A stretch of 64,000 bases of DNA, taken from the NCBI GenBank assembly GCA_963713145.1, contig CAVQKI010000005.1:95166-159165 (forward strand). The letters are read 5' to 3'. This document shows, piece after piece, positions 9,191 to 20,256 of this stretch. The notes beneath the pieces are model-generated. The model searched no databases. It saw only the letters and a list, made by a program, of their open reading frames with translations, and had not been told where the DNA came from. The position numbers and the translations under genes are program-made. How positions within the stretch are numbered: position 1 is the first letter of the stretch; each line of letters starts with the position of its first letter. The DNA comes from an uncultured Thermoplasmata archaeon (lineage in GTDB: Archaea; Thermoplasmatota; Thermoplasmata; Lutacidiplasmatales; UBA184).

Positions 9191-12112
9191 ATGACCGACG
9201 CGCGGCCGCCGCCCACCCCGAAGCAGGTGGAACTGGAATCGCGACGACTCTGGGCGTCGCGCCAGGTCCCGGCGGCCGATGGATCGCTCGGTCCGGAGAA
9301 CGGTCCGCTGCTCCGGCAGTTCCTCGGCACGTTCGCTCCTGGCGACTCGCCGGCCCTGGTCGCGCACCGGGCGGTCTCGGCAGACGTGGACGCGCGTTAC
9401 CTCTCGCTCTCGGGACGGCGGGTTCTCGGAACTCTCCGACGCGAAGGCTGGCCGGTCGAGGAACTCGACCCCAACGTCCACGCGCTCCTGGTCGCGCTGG
9501 GAGTATGGACCGGAGGGACGCGCGGAAGGCCGTGGGAAGCGGCCGACTGGCACGCCGGCGTCCAGGGGATGATCTCTCGCCTCGCCCAGCGCGGGGTCCT
9601 TGTCGTGCGCGACGGGCCGCTGCGCGTCTGCACGACGTGCGCCGCGCCCCGGAGCCCCGAGCGGATCATCTACCAGCAGGAGCTCGGCGATGCGTACCTC
9701 GTGCGTTTCCCGCTGCGCGGGTCCGACCCGCCGGTCGATGCGCTCGCCTGGGTGGACGCCCCCTGGCGGCTCCTGGCGACGAGCGCGCTCCTCGTCAACC
9801 CCGAGGTCACCTACGCCATCGCCGACTACGTGCGGAAGGACGCGAGCGTGAGGCTCCTCACGGCACGTTCGTCGCTCGACCGGCTGAAGACATGGCTTCC
9901 GGGCTCCACCCTCACCCTCGTCGAGGAGCACGCCGGCCGCGAGCTCGTCGGCCGACCGTATGCCTACCCGCTGCGGCACGAGTTCCCGATCGGCGGCGAC
10001 CTCGCTCCTCCAGCCGGAACCATCCAAGCGGTCGCGGACGTCGGCGATAGCGGGACCGGGATCGTTCCCCTGATCCCCGGGCACGGCGGAACGGACGCCC
10101 AGATCGCGGAGAGGCTGGGTATCTCCGGGTGGCCGCTCCTGACGCCGCACGGCCAGCTCGACCCGACGCTGATGCACCAGTACCTCCGGGCTCGACGTCG
10201 AAACCGCGAACGAGTTCGTCGCTCGCGACCTGACGGAGAGCGGAGCCGTGCTGGCGAGGCTCCGCGTCCTTCGTGGGGTGCCCTACTGCGCCGTCTGCGG
10301 CCATCCCCTCGTGTGGATGCCGGGGCGCGCGTGGTGCCTTGAGATCAAGAACCTGCCGGCCGAGGAGATCAATCGGTACGCCCGGCTCCTTCCTGGCGAC
10401 CGTCCGATCGGCCAGATCGAGGTGACCCCGTGGCCGGTCAGCGCGACGGTCTCCTCCGTCTCTCCCGCCGCGATCTCGCTGCTCGAATGCGGGCGGTGCG
10501 AGCGACTGGACGCCCCCGAGGCACCCCTCAAATGCCCGTGCGGCGGAAACCGCCGCCTCGTCTCGCGCCGGCTCCTGCCCTCGATCGCGGGCACCTTCTC
10601 GGCGTGGGCCCGGAACGAGCCGGTTTCGCCGGCGGATTCGGTGCGGGTCTACTCCAACGAGCGCCGCCGGGCAGCCACGCTCGTCCACCATCTCGCGGCG
10701 ATGGCCGGGGTGCGCGGGGCAGTGGCGGATGTGGGCCTGACCCTTGTCCCGACCGTGGGCGGTATCGACATCGGCGGGCTGATCGACGCCCACGGGGCCG
10801 ACGCGGTCCGGGCGGCGTTCGTGCGCGCCGAGGTCAGCGAGGGTGCCTCCGGGACGTTCCCCGAACGCTGCCGGCAAGAGGCCGCCCGCCTGGCGCGGCT
10901 CCGAGCCCTCGCGGCCGACGTGCTCGCCCGATGCGGCGGGCCGGGCCGCGCGGCGGAGCTGAGCGAGCCGACGGTAGCCTCCGACCGGGAGCTCGAGCCG
11001 GAGGACCGGGCGATCCTCGCCCGCTGGGCCCGGGCGAGGCTTCTCGTCATCGCCGAGTACACTCGCTGGAATCCCGCGGGCGCCCAGCGGCACATCTACC
11101 GGTTCGTCGGAGGAGAGCTCGAGGAGTACCGGTCGTTCGTTCACCCTCGCCTCGAGCTCGCGGACATGCCGACGAGCAAGCGGGCGGCCCTGCGTACCCT
11201 CGCCCATGTCCTCCGTTCCTGCGCGGTGGTCCTCGCGCCGATCGCGCCATTCACGGCCGAATCGATCCACCGGACCCTCGTCGTGGAGACGCTCAGCCTG
11301 TTCGAGCGGTCGGACCTGAGCTCGGACTCGGCGGCGGACGAGAGGCTCGCGGTCGCCTGGGACCGGTGGCACGACGTTGTCGCGGCGACCGACCGGTTCC
11401 GAAGGGACCGCCACCTCGCACCCACGACCGTCCTCCCTTCCGCGGTCCTGGTCATCGCGAACGACGCCGACGCAGAGCGCCTGCGCGGCGACAGCGCCGT
11501 GATCGAGAAGCTCGCCCGAGTGGCTCGCCTTGAGGTCGGCAGTCCCGGGTCGCCGTGGGCGGGCCACCGGCGACGCCTGGTCGCGGTGGAGAGCGAGATC
11601 CAGCGAGTCTACCCCTCGCTCGCCCGTCCCATCATCCATCTCATCAACCGTCTCCCTCCCCGGCGCCGGAGAGGACGCGAAGTCCGAGGAGCTCTCGGTC
11701 GTGGTCCAGGGCCAGCCGCGGCTCATCACGCCCGCGATGGTGACGACGGTCGACGTGCTGCCGGAGCGGACGGTCCCGGTGCCGTTCGCCCTGGGCGAGA
11801 TGTACTTGGAGGCGCCCGCCGCCAGCCCGGACACCCGGCCCGCCCCCCCACCGCTCTCCCCGGATGCGTTCTGGCTCCTCCGCCGTGTCGACCGCGCCCT
11901 CCGCCGGAACCCGGCGCAGGCCGGCGCGGAGACCCGCCGCGCCGCCGTGGCCGTAGCGGTCGACCCGCTCGCGACCGAGTTGAAGGACAATGCGACGACG
12001 ATCGCCCGCTACCTAGGGTTGGCCGAACTGCGCGTGATCGACCGATCGGAAGAAGCACCACCCCACGGAAGGATCACCGGCCGCACCCGCACGGGAGCCC
12101 CTTGGTGGGTGA
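9191..12112 (+). CDS. Class Ia (Ile/Val/Leu-type) aminoacyl-tRNA synthetase paralogue with degenerate catalytic motifs. Frame changes lie near 10250 and 11660 and the C-terminal boundary is uncertain.
   Basis: CP1/editing-region homology: LRVCTTCAAPRSPERIIYQQELGDAYLVRFPL, DSGTGIVPLIPGHGGTDAQIAERLGIS. Anticodon-binding-domain homology: LRSCAVVLAPIAPFTAESIHRTL. The HIGH position reads PGDSPALVAH and the KMSKS position reads TVGGIDIGG followed by the conserved GADAVRAAF. The three frames were joined by hand. Confidence 0.55.
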
Positions 12113-12208
12113 GCGTTCCGGGACTCTCCCGGACGACACGGCCCGCGAAGCACCGGCGGGCGCGCGCCCGCCCGGAGGATCCCGCTCCCTGTCGCGTCCG
12201 ACTCCGAA

Positions 12209-14243
12209 ATGGGGGAGGTCGACTACGCCGACGACGCCGTGGTCGCCCACGGCGAGGCTGTCCGCAACCTGGGCCAGGAACTCGACGGCCTTCTCGCTGC
12301 CCCGCTGCTGGGGCCGTCCAAGGTAGCGATCGCATGGGACGCGGGTCTGCGGTCGGTCCAGCAGTTCACCGACGCGCCCTTCGACACGCTTGTGGCCATC
12401 CCCGGTTTCGGCAGGGCCATCGCTTCCACGCTGTACGCCCATCTCGGAAAGCCGGTTCCACGCCCGCCACCGCTCGCTCGCACCCGCTCGCGGCCACCGA
12501 GGACGTCCTCCTCAGAATCGACCGTGACGATGCCGGTGGCGGCACCTCCGCTGCCCGGCTCGGCCGAGCGATCCGCACCGCCCGCACCGGCGCGTGCGGA
12601 GAGGCGTGCGATCATCGTGGCGCCTCCCGTCGTCCCCGCCCCGGTCGAACCGCCCGCGGTACTCGCGGTCATACCGCCGGCAGAGGTCGTGGTCGTCCCC
12701 ATTCCCGAGCAGCTCCCGACCCCCGCGATCGAACCGGAGGGCCCACCGACGGAGGCTATCGCGCCGCCGAGCGAGACGGTCGAACCGACACCGGAGGTTC
12801 CGGCCTCGGCGTCTCCGCCCTCCCCCGCGACGGACGCGCCCGAACCCGGTCAGGTCACCGGAAGCGTTGCCCCCACCGCAGTTCCCGAGCTCTCGGTGTC
12901 GCCGACGGAAACAGCCGCGCGGGAAGACGGTCCTCCCGCCGGCATGGTTCCTGGGCAGATTCGGGAGGAGCTCGGTCTGCCGGTCGCCGCGCCCGACGTG
13001 CCTGCTGCCGGGGCCGCGATCGAGGGCGGTGATACCGCCGCTGAATCCAACGCGCCGGCTGAGGAGACCGAGCCGGAGGCACCCGCTTCCGTGCCTGACG
13101 CGTCGTTCGCACCAGAAGAGTCGATGGTCGCCTCCGGGCCGGCGGCCACCGAGCCCGCGCTGGCGGGAGCTGCCATGACCGCCCCGGAAGCCGACTCAAC
13201 AGTCGTCGGCAGCGATACGGAAGAGTTGCCCGCACCGGAAGAGACGGCTGCTGGCCCCGGGCCGGCCATCGCTGAATCCGCGCCGACAGCGGCTGCGACA
13301 ACCGTCCCGGAGACCGAACCCAAGACAGAAGGTGGCGATACCGAGGTTCCGCCCGCACCGGAAGAGGCGATCGTCGCCCCCGGGCCAGCCGAAGCTGAGC
13401 CCGCGCCGGCCGTGGCCGCGATGAGCATCCCGGAGCCAGAGACAGGAGGCGAAGCCCACGACACCGACGTTACGCAGGCACCCGAGGCGCGGATCGCGAC
13501 CCCCGGGCCGGCCGTCGCCGAGCCCGCTCCGGCGGCCGCGGCGATGGCCGCCCCGGAACCTGAGCCGGAGGTCGGGGACGGCGACACTGGGGTCGAGCCG
13601 GCACCCCCTGCTCTCGAGATGGCCGGCACGGGGGAGGTGGCTCCCGCTCCAACGCCGGAGCCAGAGGCACCGGAACCCGCGCCGTCGGTTCCCGTTGTTG
13701 AGCAACTCCCGTCGGAAGCTCCTCACGCGCCTACGCCGGAGCCCGTCCCACCGCCGCCCCCGACGGGCCTCGAGGTCGACCTCTCGGAGTCGCTTCTCCC
13801 CGCCCTGCAACCGTTCCTCGAGGAGACCGGGGCGGGTCACCACGGCCTGGCGATCGTCCGAGAGATGCCGGAACGGATCCGGGCTCATGTCGGGCCGAGG
13901 CCGGTCGTCGTCTACTGGCTCACGAACCTGGTCCGCGACCGGACGATCAAGCCGAACGACCTCAACGCGGTCGCGGAACGATTCACCAAGGCACTGGACT
14001 CGGAGAGCGTGACCGCGGTCTTCTTTGAAGGGGTCGAGTACCCTGGTACACATCCACGGGATCGACCGGATCGTCGAACTCCTCCAGAGCATGGATGGCC
14101 GTCTCAGGGCCCACGAGGCTCGCGGGTGGCTCCACCTCTCGCCCAGCCTGATACCCGAGTCGGACGTGGGACGGATCCTCACCGGGCTCGGACGAACGCG
14201 CTCCGGGGCCGCCGACCCGGGCGCACCGGCCCCCTCTGGATGA
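12209..14243 (+). CDS. DUF835-domain protein with an N-terminal helix-hairpin-helix motif and a roughly 450-aa Pro/Ala/Glu-rich low-complexity linker. A frame change lies near 14040.
   Basis: HhH-like LVAIPGFGRAIASTLYAHLG. Long PAPEPE acidic region. C-terminal DUF835-like pattern VVVYWLTNLVRDRTIKPNDLNAVAERFTKALDSESVTAVFFEGVEY / LVHIHGIDRIVELLQSMDGRLRAHEARGWLHLSPSLIPE, split over ORFs 12209..14317 and 14025..14243. Confidence 0.55.
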
Positions 14244-14313
14244 GGGCATGGGCCGGCGGAGTGTCCGCCGGAGAAGGCTTATCTCGGTCTATGGATGGGT
14301 CGGACCGGCACCG

Positions 14314-15100
14314 ATGAGGGAGCAGCGTGGGATCCGGTTCGGCCGGCGGACCGCCCACCTCGCTCTCGCCGCGTCCCTCACGCTGCTCCTTCTCCTCCCC
14401 GCGTCCGCGATCGGGGACCACGTTGGTCTCTCGGCGACTCCCAAATCCGTCTCCGTAATCCCGGCAGCTTCCGCCGGACCGTTCGACGCGGAAGTCTTCT
14501 GGAACGGCGCGAACGCCGCCTCCGCGAACTCCGCTTCGTCCGCGTTCACCTACACCTCGGGAGAGACCGCGAACGCCACGTTCCACTTCAACGGAACATC
14601 CCTCGTCGTTCCGCCCCCGTCCATCACGAACGCGAGCCTCACGCTCACGTACTTCGGGATCGCGCTGACGACGAACACCGGCCCGTTCCACTCGATCGGC
14701 GGGAGCGCTTCCGAGGCGAGGATAAACTGGTCGTTCGGCCCCCTGGTTCAGCTCACCGAAGGCGTGTACCAGCTGAGCGCGAAGATCACCAACACGACCG
14801 GGGCCACGATCTGGAGCGAGTCGTTCTACATCCACGTGAAGGCTCCGTACCTCTATCGAATCCGGCCTCGTCGTGTTCCTGATCATCCTTTCGCTGGCCG
14901 AGATCTACTGGATCGCCGCCTCGATCCGGGGGGCTCGGGGGAGGAAACCCAAGTTCGCTCAGGTCAAGGGCAGTGAAACCGGAGGGGATTCCGAGGCAGC
15001 CACGACCCCGATCACCGAGGGGTCCGCCCCCGGCGGCACGCCGCCGTCGACAGGACCTGGAACGCCCCCCACGCAGCCACCGGCGGGAGGTGCGCCGTGA
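14314..15100 (+). CDS. Secreted or surface protein with an N-terminal signal peptide, N-glycosylation sequons and a C-terminal TM anchor followed by a basic tail. A frame change lies near 14850.
   Basis: MREQRGIRFGRRTAHLALAASLTLLLLLPASAIG is a signal peptide. NATF/NGTS/NASL/NTTG are sequons. In the next frame the C-terminus reads GLVVFLIILSLAEIYWIAASIRGARGRKPK..PGGTPPSTGPGTPPTQPP. Confidence 0.45.
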
Positions 15101-15288
15101 GCGACACCACCAGCGCCGGAGGCTCGGGGGCCGTGCTTCTGATCGCGATCGTCATCCTCCTGCAACAGTTCGGGTACCTGCCGCTCACCGACTTCCTCAC
15201 GAGCATCGTGCTTCTCCTGGTCGCGGGTATCGCCGGCGGGATCGTGTTCGGCCTCATCGCCTGGGCTGTCGGTCGCAGACACCACTGA
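15097..15288 (+). CDS. Small (63 aa) two-helix membrane protein. Its start overlaps the stop of the upstream gene (GTGA).
   Basis: MSDTTSAGGSGAVLLIAIVILLQQFGYLPLTDFLTSIVLLLVAGIAGGIVFGLIAWAVG. Translational coupling with 14314..15100. Confidence 0.45.
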   Translation: MSDTTSAGGSGAVLLIAIVILLQQFGYLPLTDFLTSIVLLLVAGIAGGIVFGLIAWAVGRRHH

Positions 15289-15434
15289 ACCTCCTGCGCC
15301 GGGGGCGTTGGAGGGCCGTTTGGAGGTCCGGAAGGCCTTGAGTGAGTGGATCTGACGTTTCCGTCCGATGGCCGCAGTGTCCGCATCGCCCTACCTCCGT
15401 GGTCCGGTGCGGATCTCTAAGCGCGCCCCGCTGC

Positions 15435-16634
15435 TCAGCGCGCTGCCCAGCTTCGGCCCTCCGGGGCCGCTCCACCCCCTTCATCCGGGAGCGCTCGAGA
15501 CCGTCGTCCACGACCAGGTCGGCGTCGCGTGGCGGGTCCCCAGCCTCCGGCCAATCCGGCCGCGCCCGGCGGGGGCCCGCCCGGTTCGGGAGCATACGCG
15601 CGCCGCAGCCGGAAGAAGAACACCAGGACGATCGCGAGGAGCGGGAGCGTGACCGGGATCGGGAGCGTGATGAGGAAGCCGAAGATCGCGAGGAAGAGCA
15701 CAAACCCGAACGCAAGGTCGACGAGAAGTCGTTCGTTGCCGACCGTGCCGATCCCGCGTCGCACGACCTCGAGCAGGACCGCGAAGATCGCCACCTCGAC
15801 CGCGATCAGGACGGCCGGGGGGACTCGCGTCGACGTGAACCCGTACTCGAGGGCGAAGGCGATCGGGAAGAACGCGAACCCGACCGCGCCGACCTGCCAA
15901 CCCCGCAGGGTGGGGTGGCTGTTCCGAGGGGTCCAGAGCCGGACGGGCGCCCGGTACGCCGCCAGCACGAGAAGAGCGATCGTGATCGACGCTCCCGCCA
16001 GCAGCGGCCAGCCCATCCAGAAGTGGAACGCGGAAGCGACCAGCACGGTCTCGCTGAGGGTAGCGCCGGCCAGGGCGACCAGCGCAAGGACGATCCCACG
16101 CCGACCGAGGAGGGAACGACCCCGGGTTGCCGGGATCGCAAGGCCGAGGAGGAGGATGGGAAGCCCCACCGAGAAGATCACATGGTACGCGAGGACCCCG
16201 GTCGACCAGACCCAGTTGACGCCCGCGTAGCGGCCGAACCAACCGAGGACGCCATCCGCCCCGTGGCTCGAGTTGAAGAGCGTGTTGTCGCCCAGGCCCT
16301 CTTCCGTGATCCCGTAGGCGAGGCCCAACAGGAAGACCGTCCCCCACCCTTTCTTCCATCGGATCACCGCTTCCCGGACCAGCAGGGCACCCGCCGTGTA
16401 CTGACCGACGTTGATCGCGATCTGGAGGAAGAAGAACACCGGACTGCTCGCGAGCGTGAGGAACGAGCTGGACGAGGCGACGTACTCGGGGATGCCGGGC
16501 GTGAGCAAGGCGAAGCAGACGATCGGGTGGGACCGGAGGGTATCGAGCCACCGCGGCCGGCGCCGGGGCGACGCGCGTTTCAAGGGCGGCGGCGCGTCCG
16601 CCGACTCGGCGGGCTCGGTCGGGAGCGACCCCAC
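15435..16634 (-). CDS. Polytopic integral membrane protein of unknown function. The R/P-rich C-terminal approximately 45 aa may be read-through.
   Basis: At least eight hydrophobic helices (FALLTPGIPEYV..., VFLLGLAYGITEEGLG, VLAYHVIFSVGLPILLLGLAI, LVLAAYRAPV...). The antisense 585-aa D/E/R-rich ORF 15342..17099 is an artefact of this gene. Confidence 0.5.
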   Translation of the reverse strand: MGSLPTEPAESADAPPPLKRASPRRRPRWLDTLRSHPIVCFALLTPGIPEYVASSSSFLTLASSPVFFFLQIAINVGQYTAGALLVREAVIRWKKGWGTVFLLGLAYGITEEGLGDNTLFNSSHGADGVLGWFGRYAGVNWVWSTGVLAYHVIFSVGLPILLLGLAIPATRGRSLLGRRGIVLALVALAGATLSETVLVASAFHFWMGWPLLAGASITIALLVLAAYRAPVRLWTPRNSHPTLRGWQVGAVGFAFFPIAFALEYGFTSTRVPPAVLIAVEVAIFAVLLEVVRRGIGTVGNERLLVDLAFGFVLFLAIFGFLITLPIPVTLPLLAIVLVFFFRLRRAYAPEPGGPPPGAAGLAGGWGPATRRRPGRGRRSRALPDEGGGAAPEGRSWAAR

Positions 16635-16767
16635 GACCGCTCGATGGCCGGTAGGTCTACTTCAACATGGTTCCCCGGTCCGGCCCGCGCGCGGGACCTC
16701 GTCCCCCGCGCCGTCCTGGCGAGCCTGGCCACGGTCGCTTTCGTGCTGGCGGTGGCTGTTCCGCAAG

Positions 16768-18107
16768 CTAGAGCTCGGGCCGGTCCAGTAGCTTCGGGGG
16801 TCCGGCGCGGACCCGCCGGTCACCCGCGTCCCCTGGCTCCCACGCTCGCAGGCCCTGCTCCCGCGGGCGGCCCCCGCCGCCCGGAGGCGTGGGCGTTCGC
16901 GAGATCACCCAGTAGAGGAGCGCAACGGCGAACGCGAGAATCACCCCGAACAGAACGCCGGCGCTCGTCAAGCCGATCTGCTGGGACGCTTCGGCCACGC
17001 CGATGGTTGGGACGGCGAGCGCGAGGTACCCTGCGAGGTAGAAGCCGGCGAGCATCTCGCCGCGCGCGTCCTCGGGCGCGACCCGGTCCACGAGCGTGAC
17101 GCTGCCCATGAACGTGAGACCCACCGCGGCGCCCAGGGCCGCCGTCACGATCACGACGAGCTCCCAGGCGGTCAGCGGAAGGATCAGTACCGAGGGCCAC
17201 GAGCGTGCCGATCATGAGCGGGAATCCGACCAGTAAGGCCCGACGATCGCGGATCTGGGAGGTCCCGAGCTGGGCGATCGCCGCCGTCCCGAACATCAAC
17301 GCCACGACCGCCGCGGCCGCGAGGGGGCTCGAGATACGGAGCCCGCCGCGGACGTACGACGGAATGAGCGCGGCGAAGAAGCCGTAGATCGAGTAGCACG
17401 CCGCGATCCCACCGACCGCAACCCAGAACGGCCGCCGAACTCCCACCGGAACGGAGACGCGCTGGACGTGGAAGCCGGGGCGCGAGTGGATCGCGGACGC
17501 CGTTTCGGGCGTGGCGGCGATCGCCAGAACGCCGACCAGGCTCGCGACGACCGGAAGCAGGTAGACGAGCCGCGTTGGGTCCGGAGCGTACCTCGGCCAG
17601 GAAGCCGCTGAGCGTCGCCCCGATGGCGAACCCGCCGAAGTTAGCGGCCACCGCGACCCGCGCGACGTGATGCTGGTCGCGGTACGGCTCCAGGTCGCTC
17701 ATCGCGGCGGTGGCGACGCTCGTCGTCGCCCCGACCGCGAAGCCGGCGATGAACCTCGCGAGCGCCAGCCAGAGCACGTCCGTGGCGGACTCGAAGACGA
17801 TGGCGGCGAGAATCGTGAACGCCATGCCCACGTAGAGCAGGTTCCTCCGACCCAGCTGCTCGGCGTGTGGGGCGACGAAGAAGAGCGTCAGGAAGACGCC
17901 CGGAGTGTACGCCGCGAACGCCAGCCCCAACACTCCCGCGGAGAAGTGGAGACGCTGCTCATAGAGCGGGTAGAGCGGTGTCGGAATGGCCGCCGCGAAC
18001 GACGTGGCGGCGAGCGTGTACGCGGTCCAGCGAAACGCTCCTCGAGGTCCGTGGATCATCAGGCGCTGGATCCCAGACGCGTTCGGGGGATCGGGTGCGT
18101 CGGTCAC
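16768..18107 (-). CDS. MFS-type transporter split into three fragments by frame changes (about 17160 and about 17440).
   Basis: Fragments 17184..18107, 16820..17446 and 16768..17154 are all multi-TM, collinear, with MFS-like helices (LGLAFAAYTPGVFLTLFFV..., FIAGFAVGATTSVATAAMSDLEP). Confidence 0.55.
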
Positions 18108-18235
18108 CGCGAGTCACCCCGTTGGCAGGCGAGAGGCGGTCTCCTCGCCCCGCGCCGCCCCCGACCGGGCAGCGGCTTGGGCCGTCCGGGGCGGCACGCC
18201 CCGCGGGGTCGCAGCACTGCCGGAGCCCCCAATGG

Positions 18236-19051
18236 CTACCGGACCCTCGCGGACCGCAGCTCGGGGGGAAGGGGAGGGTACTTCATTCGAAGCCTCTCCA
18301 GCGAGTCCACGATCCGCTCCGAGACGATTAGGTCCCGGTACCACTTCCGGTCCGAAGGGACGACGTACCAGGGTGCCCACGGCGTGCTGGTGTTCGAGAG
18401 GGCGTCCTCGTAGGCGTGGGTGTACGCGGTCCACCGCCGACGTTCCCGCACGTCCGACTCGCGAAACTTCCAGTGCTTCGTCGGGTCGTCCAGGCGTGCT
18501 TCGAGCCGCTTCTTCTGCTCGTCCCGGCTGATGTGCAAGAAGAACTTGAGGATGGTTGTGCCCTCCTCGGCCAGCAGCCGCTCGAAGTCGTTGATCTCCC
18601 GGTAGCGTCGCTCCCAGACCGGCTTCGTCACGAGGCCGTGGACCCGGGGGTACAGAACGTCCTCGTAGTGGCTCCGGTTGAACAGGACCATCTCGCCCCG
18701 GGCGGGGGACTGCTCGTGGACCCGCCAGAGGAAATCGTGCTCGGCCTCGTGGGCCGAGGGCGCCTTGAAGGACGCCACACGCACCCCCTGCGGGTTCACG
18801 CCCTGGAAGACCCGGCGGATCGTGCCGTCCTTCCCGGCCGAGTCCATCCCCTGGAGGACTACCAGCATCGAGTGCTCGTGGCCGGCGTAGAGGAGCTCCT
18901 GGAGTCTCTCGAGACGAGCCGTGAGGCGTTCCAGCTCCTTTCGGCCGTCGTCCTTGACCCCTTCGAACCCCGAGGTGTCGGCCGGGTCCGTGCGGTCGAG
19001 CCGGAGCCGGACCCGGGCCGGACGACGTGCTTCAACACGGACGAATCGCAG
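18236..19051 (-). CDS. ppk2: Polyphosphate kinase 2 (PPK2) family nucleotide phosphotransferase. The true start is upstream of the ATG at 18868; no start codon was found in frame.
   Basis: Walker A LVVLQGMDSAGKDGTI, lid region WKFRESDVRERRRW. The N-terminal helix LERLTARLERLQELLYAGHEHS continues in frame upstream of the ATG without a start codon before a stop at 19052. Confidence 0.65.
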   Translation of the reverse strand: MRFVRVEARRPARVRLRLDRTDPADTSGFEGVKDDGRKELERLTARLERLQELLYAGHEHSMLVVLQGMDSAGKDGTIRRVFQGVNPQGVRVASFKAPSAHEAEHDFLWRVHEQSPARGEMVLFNRSHYEDVLYPRVHGLVTKPVWERRYREINDFERLLAEEGTTILKFFLHISRDEQKKRLEARLDDPTKHWKFRESDVRERRRWTAYTHAYEDALSNTSTPWAPWYVVPSDRKWYRDLIVSERIVDSLERLRMKYPPLPPELRSARVR

Positions 19052-19224
19052 TCACTCCCATCTGCGCTGTCGGGTCAGCTCCTGTCCCCACATCGGAGAT
19101 GGATAAATCGGGAGGGGCCGCGTCCGCGTGGGCGGTCGCACGGACCGGAAGCGGTCTACGAGCCGCCTTGCCCGAGAACCGCCCAGTGGTCCGTGGTCAG
19201 AGTGTCTCGGGCGGAGGAGGGCGC

Positions 19225-20099
19225 TCAGAGGAACCCTGCCGCCGGCAGGATGCGAGCTACCGTTCTTCGGGATGAGTTCACTGCCGCGAGGATCAGGACG
19301 TTCCCGACCAGGTTCAACACGGGAAGATGAGCAGGACCGCGCCGGTCCTGAACAACCCCTCCTGGTACCGTTCTCCGAGTCGCCAGATTCCGATGAGCAG
19401 ACCGATGTAGCCGACCAGGACGAAAACTACAACCACGAGTACCAGGAGGACGAGGCCCACCAGCCCGCCGACGTTGATGCACGAACTCGTGATCGAGGAC
19501 CCTGTTCCGGCGCATTCTACCGCTTGATACACGACACCGAGGATCGCGACGCTCAGGAGGAAAACGATCGTCAACCCCACCAGGGCGACCAGCACCAGGG
19601 ACGCGGTAGACGAGAATCGCGCGTCGTGCGGGGCGAGCGTCCGAAACGCCCTACGGTAGAACCACAGCTGGAGCCACGAGAAGAGGAGACCCACGCCGGC
19701 CAGGCCGAACGTTAGGTAGACGCCGTTCGGGTTCAGGGAGAGGGTAGTGCCGGACCCGGCGGTGCTGACGCTGGCGTACGAGACGATCGAGGTAGCGAAC
19801 AGCTCTACAAGCCCAATCACTCCGCTTACGAGTCCGAGAACTGCCGCGAGGCTGACGCTCGAGAGTGCCTCCAGCTCGGTGGCGGACGAGGGGGCCGGCG
19901 CGCTGGGGCCGGTCCCCGGGGAGCCAGGGGGATGGAATGCCGGTGCGCGCGTCTGCGAGCTCGGGGGAAGGGCTCCCGGCGAGCTCGGGGCGAAGGGGCT
20001 TCCGCCGATGGACGCCCCGCACCCAGGGCAGAAGGCACCGCCTGCCACCACGGGGCTTCCGCACTGATCGCAGAAGTTCGTGGCCATTTCCGGCCGCAT
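19225..20099 (-). CDS. Membrane protein with an N-terminal zinc ribbon (DUF973-like architecture). A probable frame change lies near 19320 at the C-terminus.
   Basis: MRPEMATNFCDQCGSPVVAGGAFCPGCGASIG (CxxC...CxxC), then a Pro/Ser linker and at least four TM helices. The tail continues in ORF 19225..19515 (HLPVLNLVGNVLILAAVNS). Confidence 0.45.
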
Positions 20100-20256
20100 C
20101 GGCGTTCGGCCCATTAACGCGTCGCTCCGCCGGGCGGGAGGGCCTCGTCAACCGAGATTCGCGCAGCGCGCTTTGCCCAACCCGTCCCTCCTGCCTTCGA
20201 GCCCGCCGGCGCCTCGACCGCGAGGATGATATTCCCCGCGCCCGCTCGAACTCATC

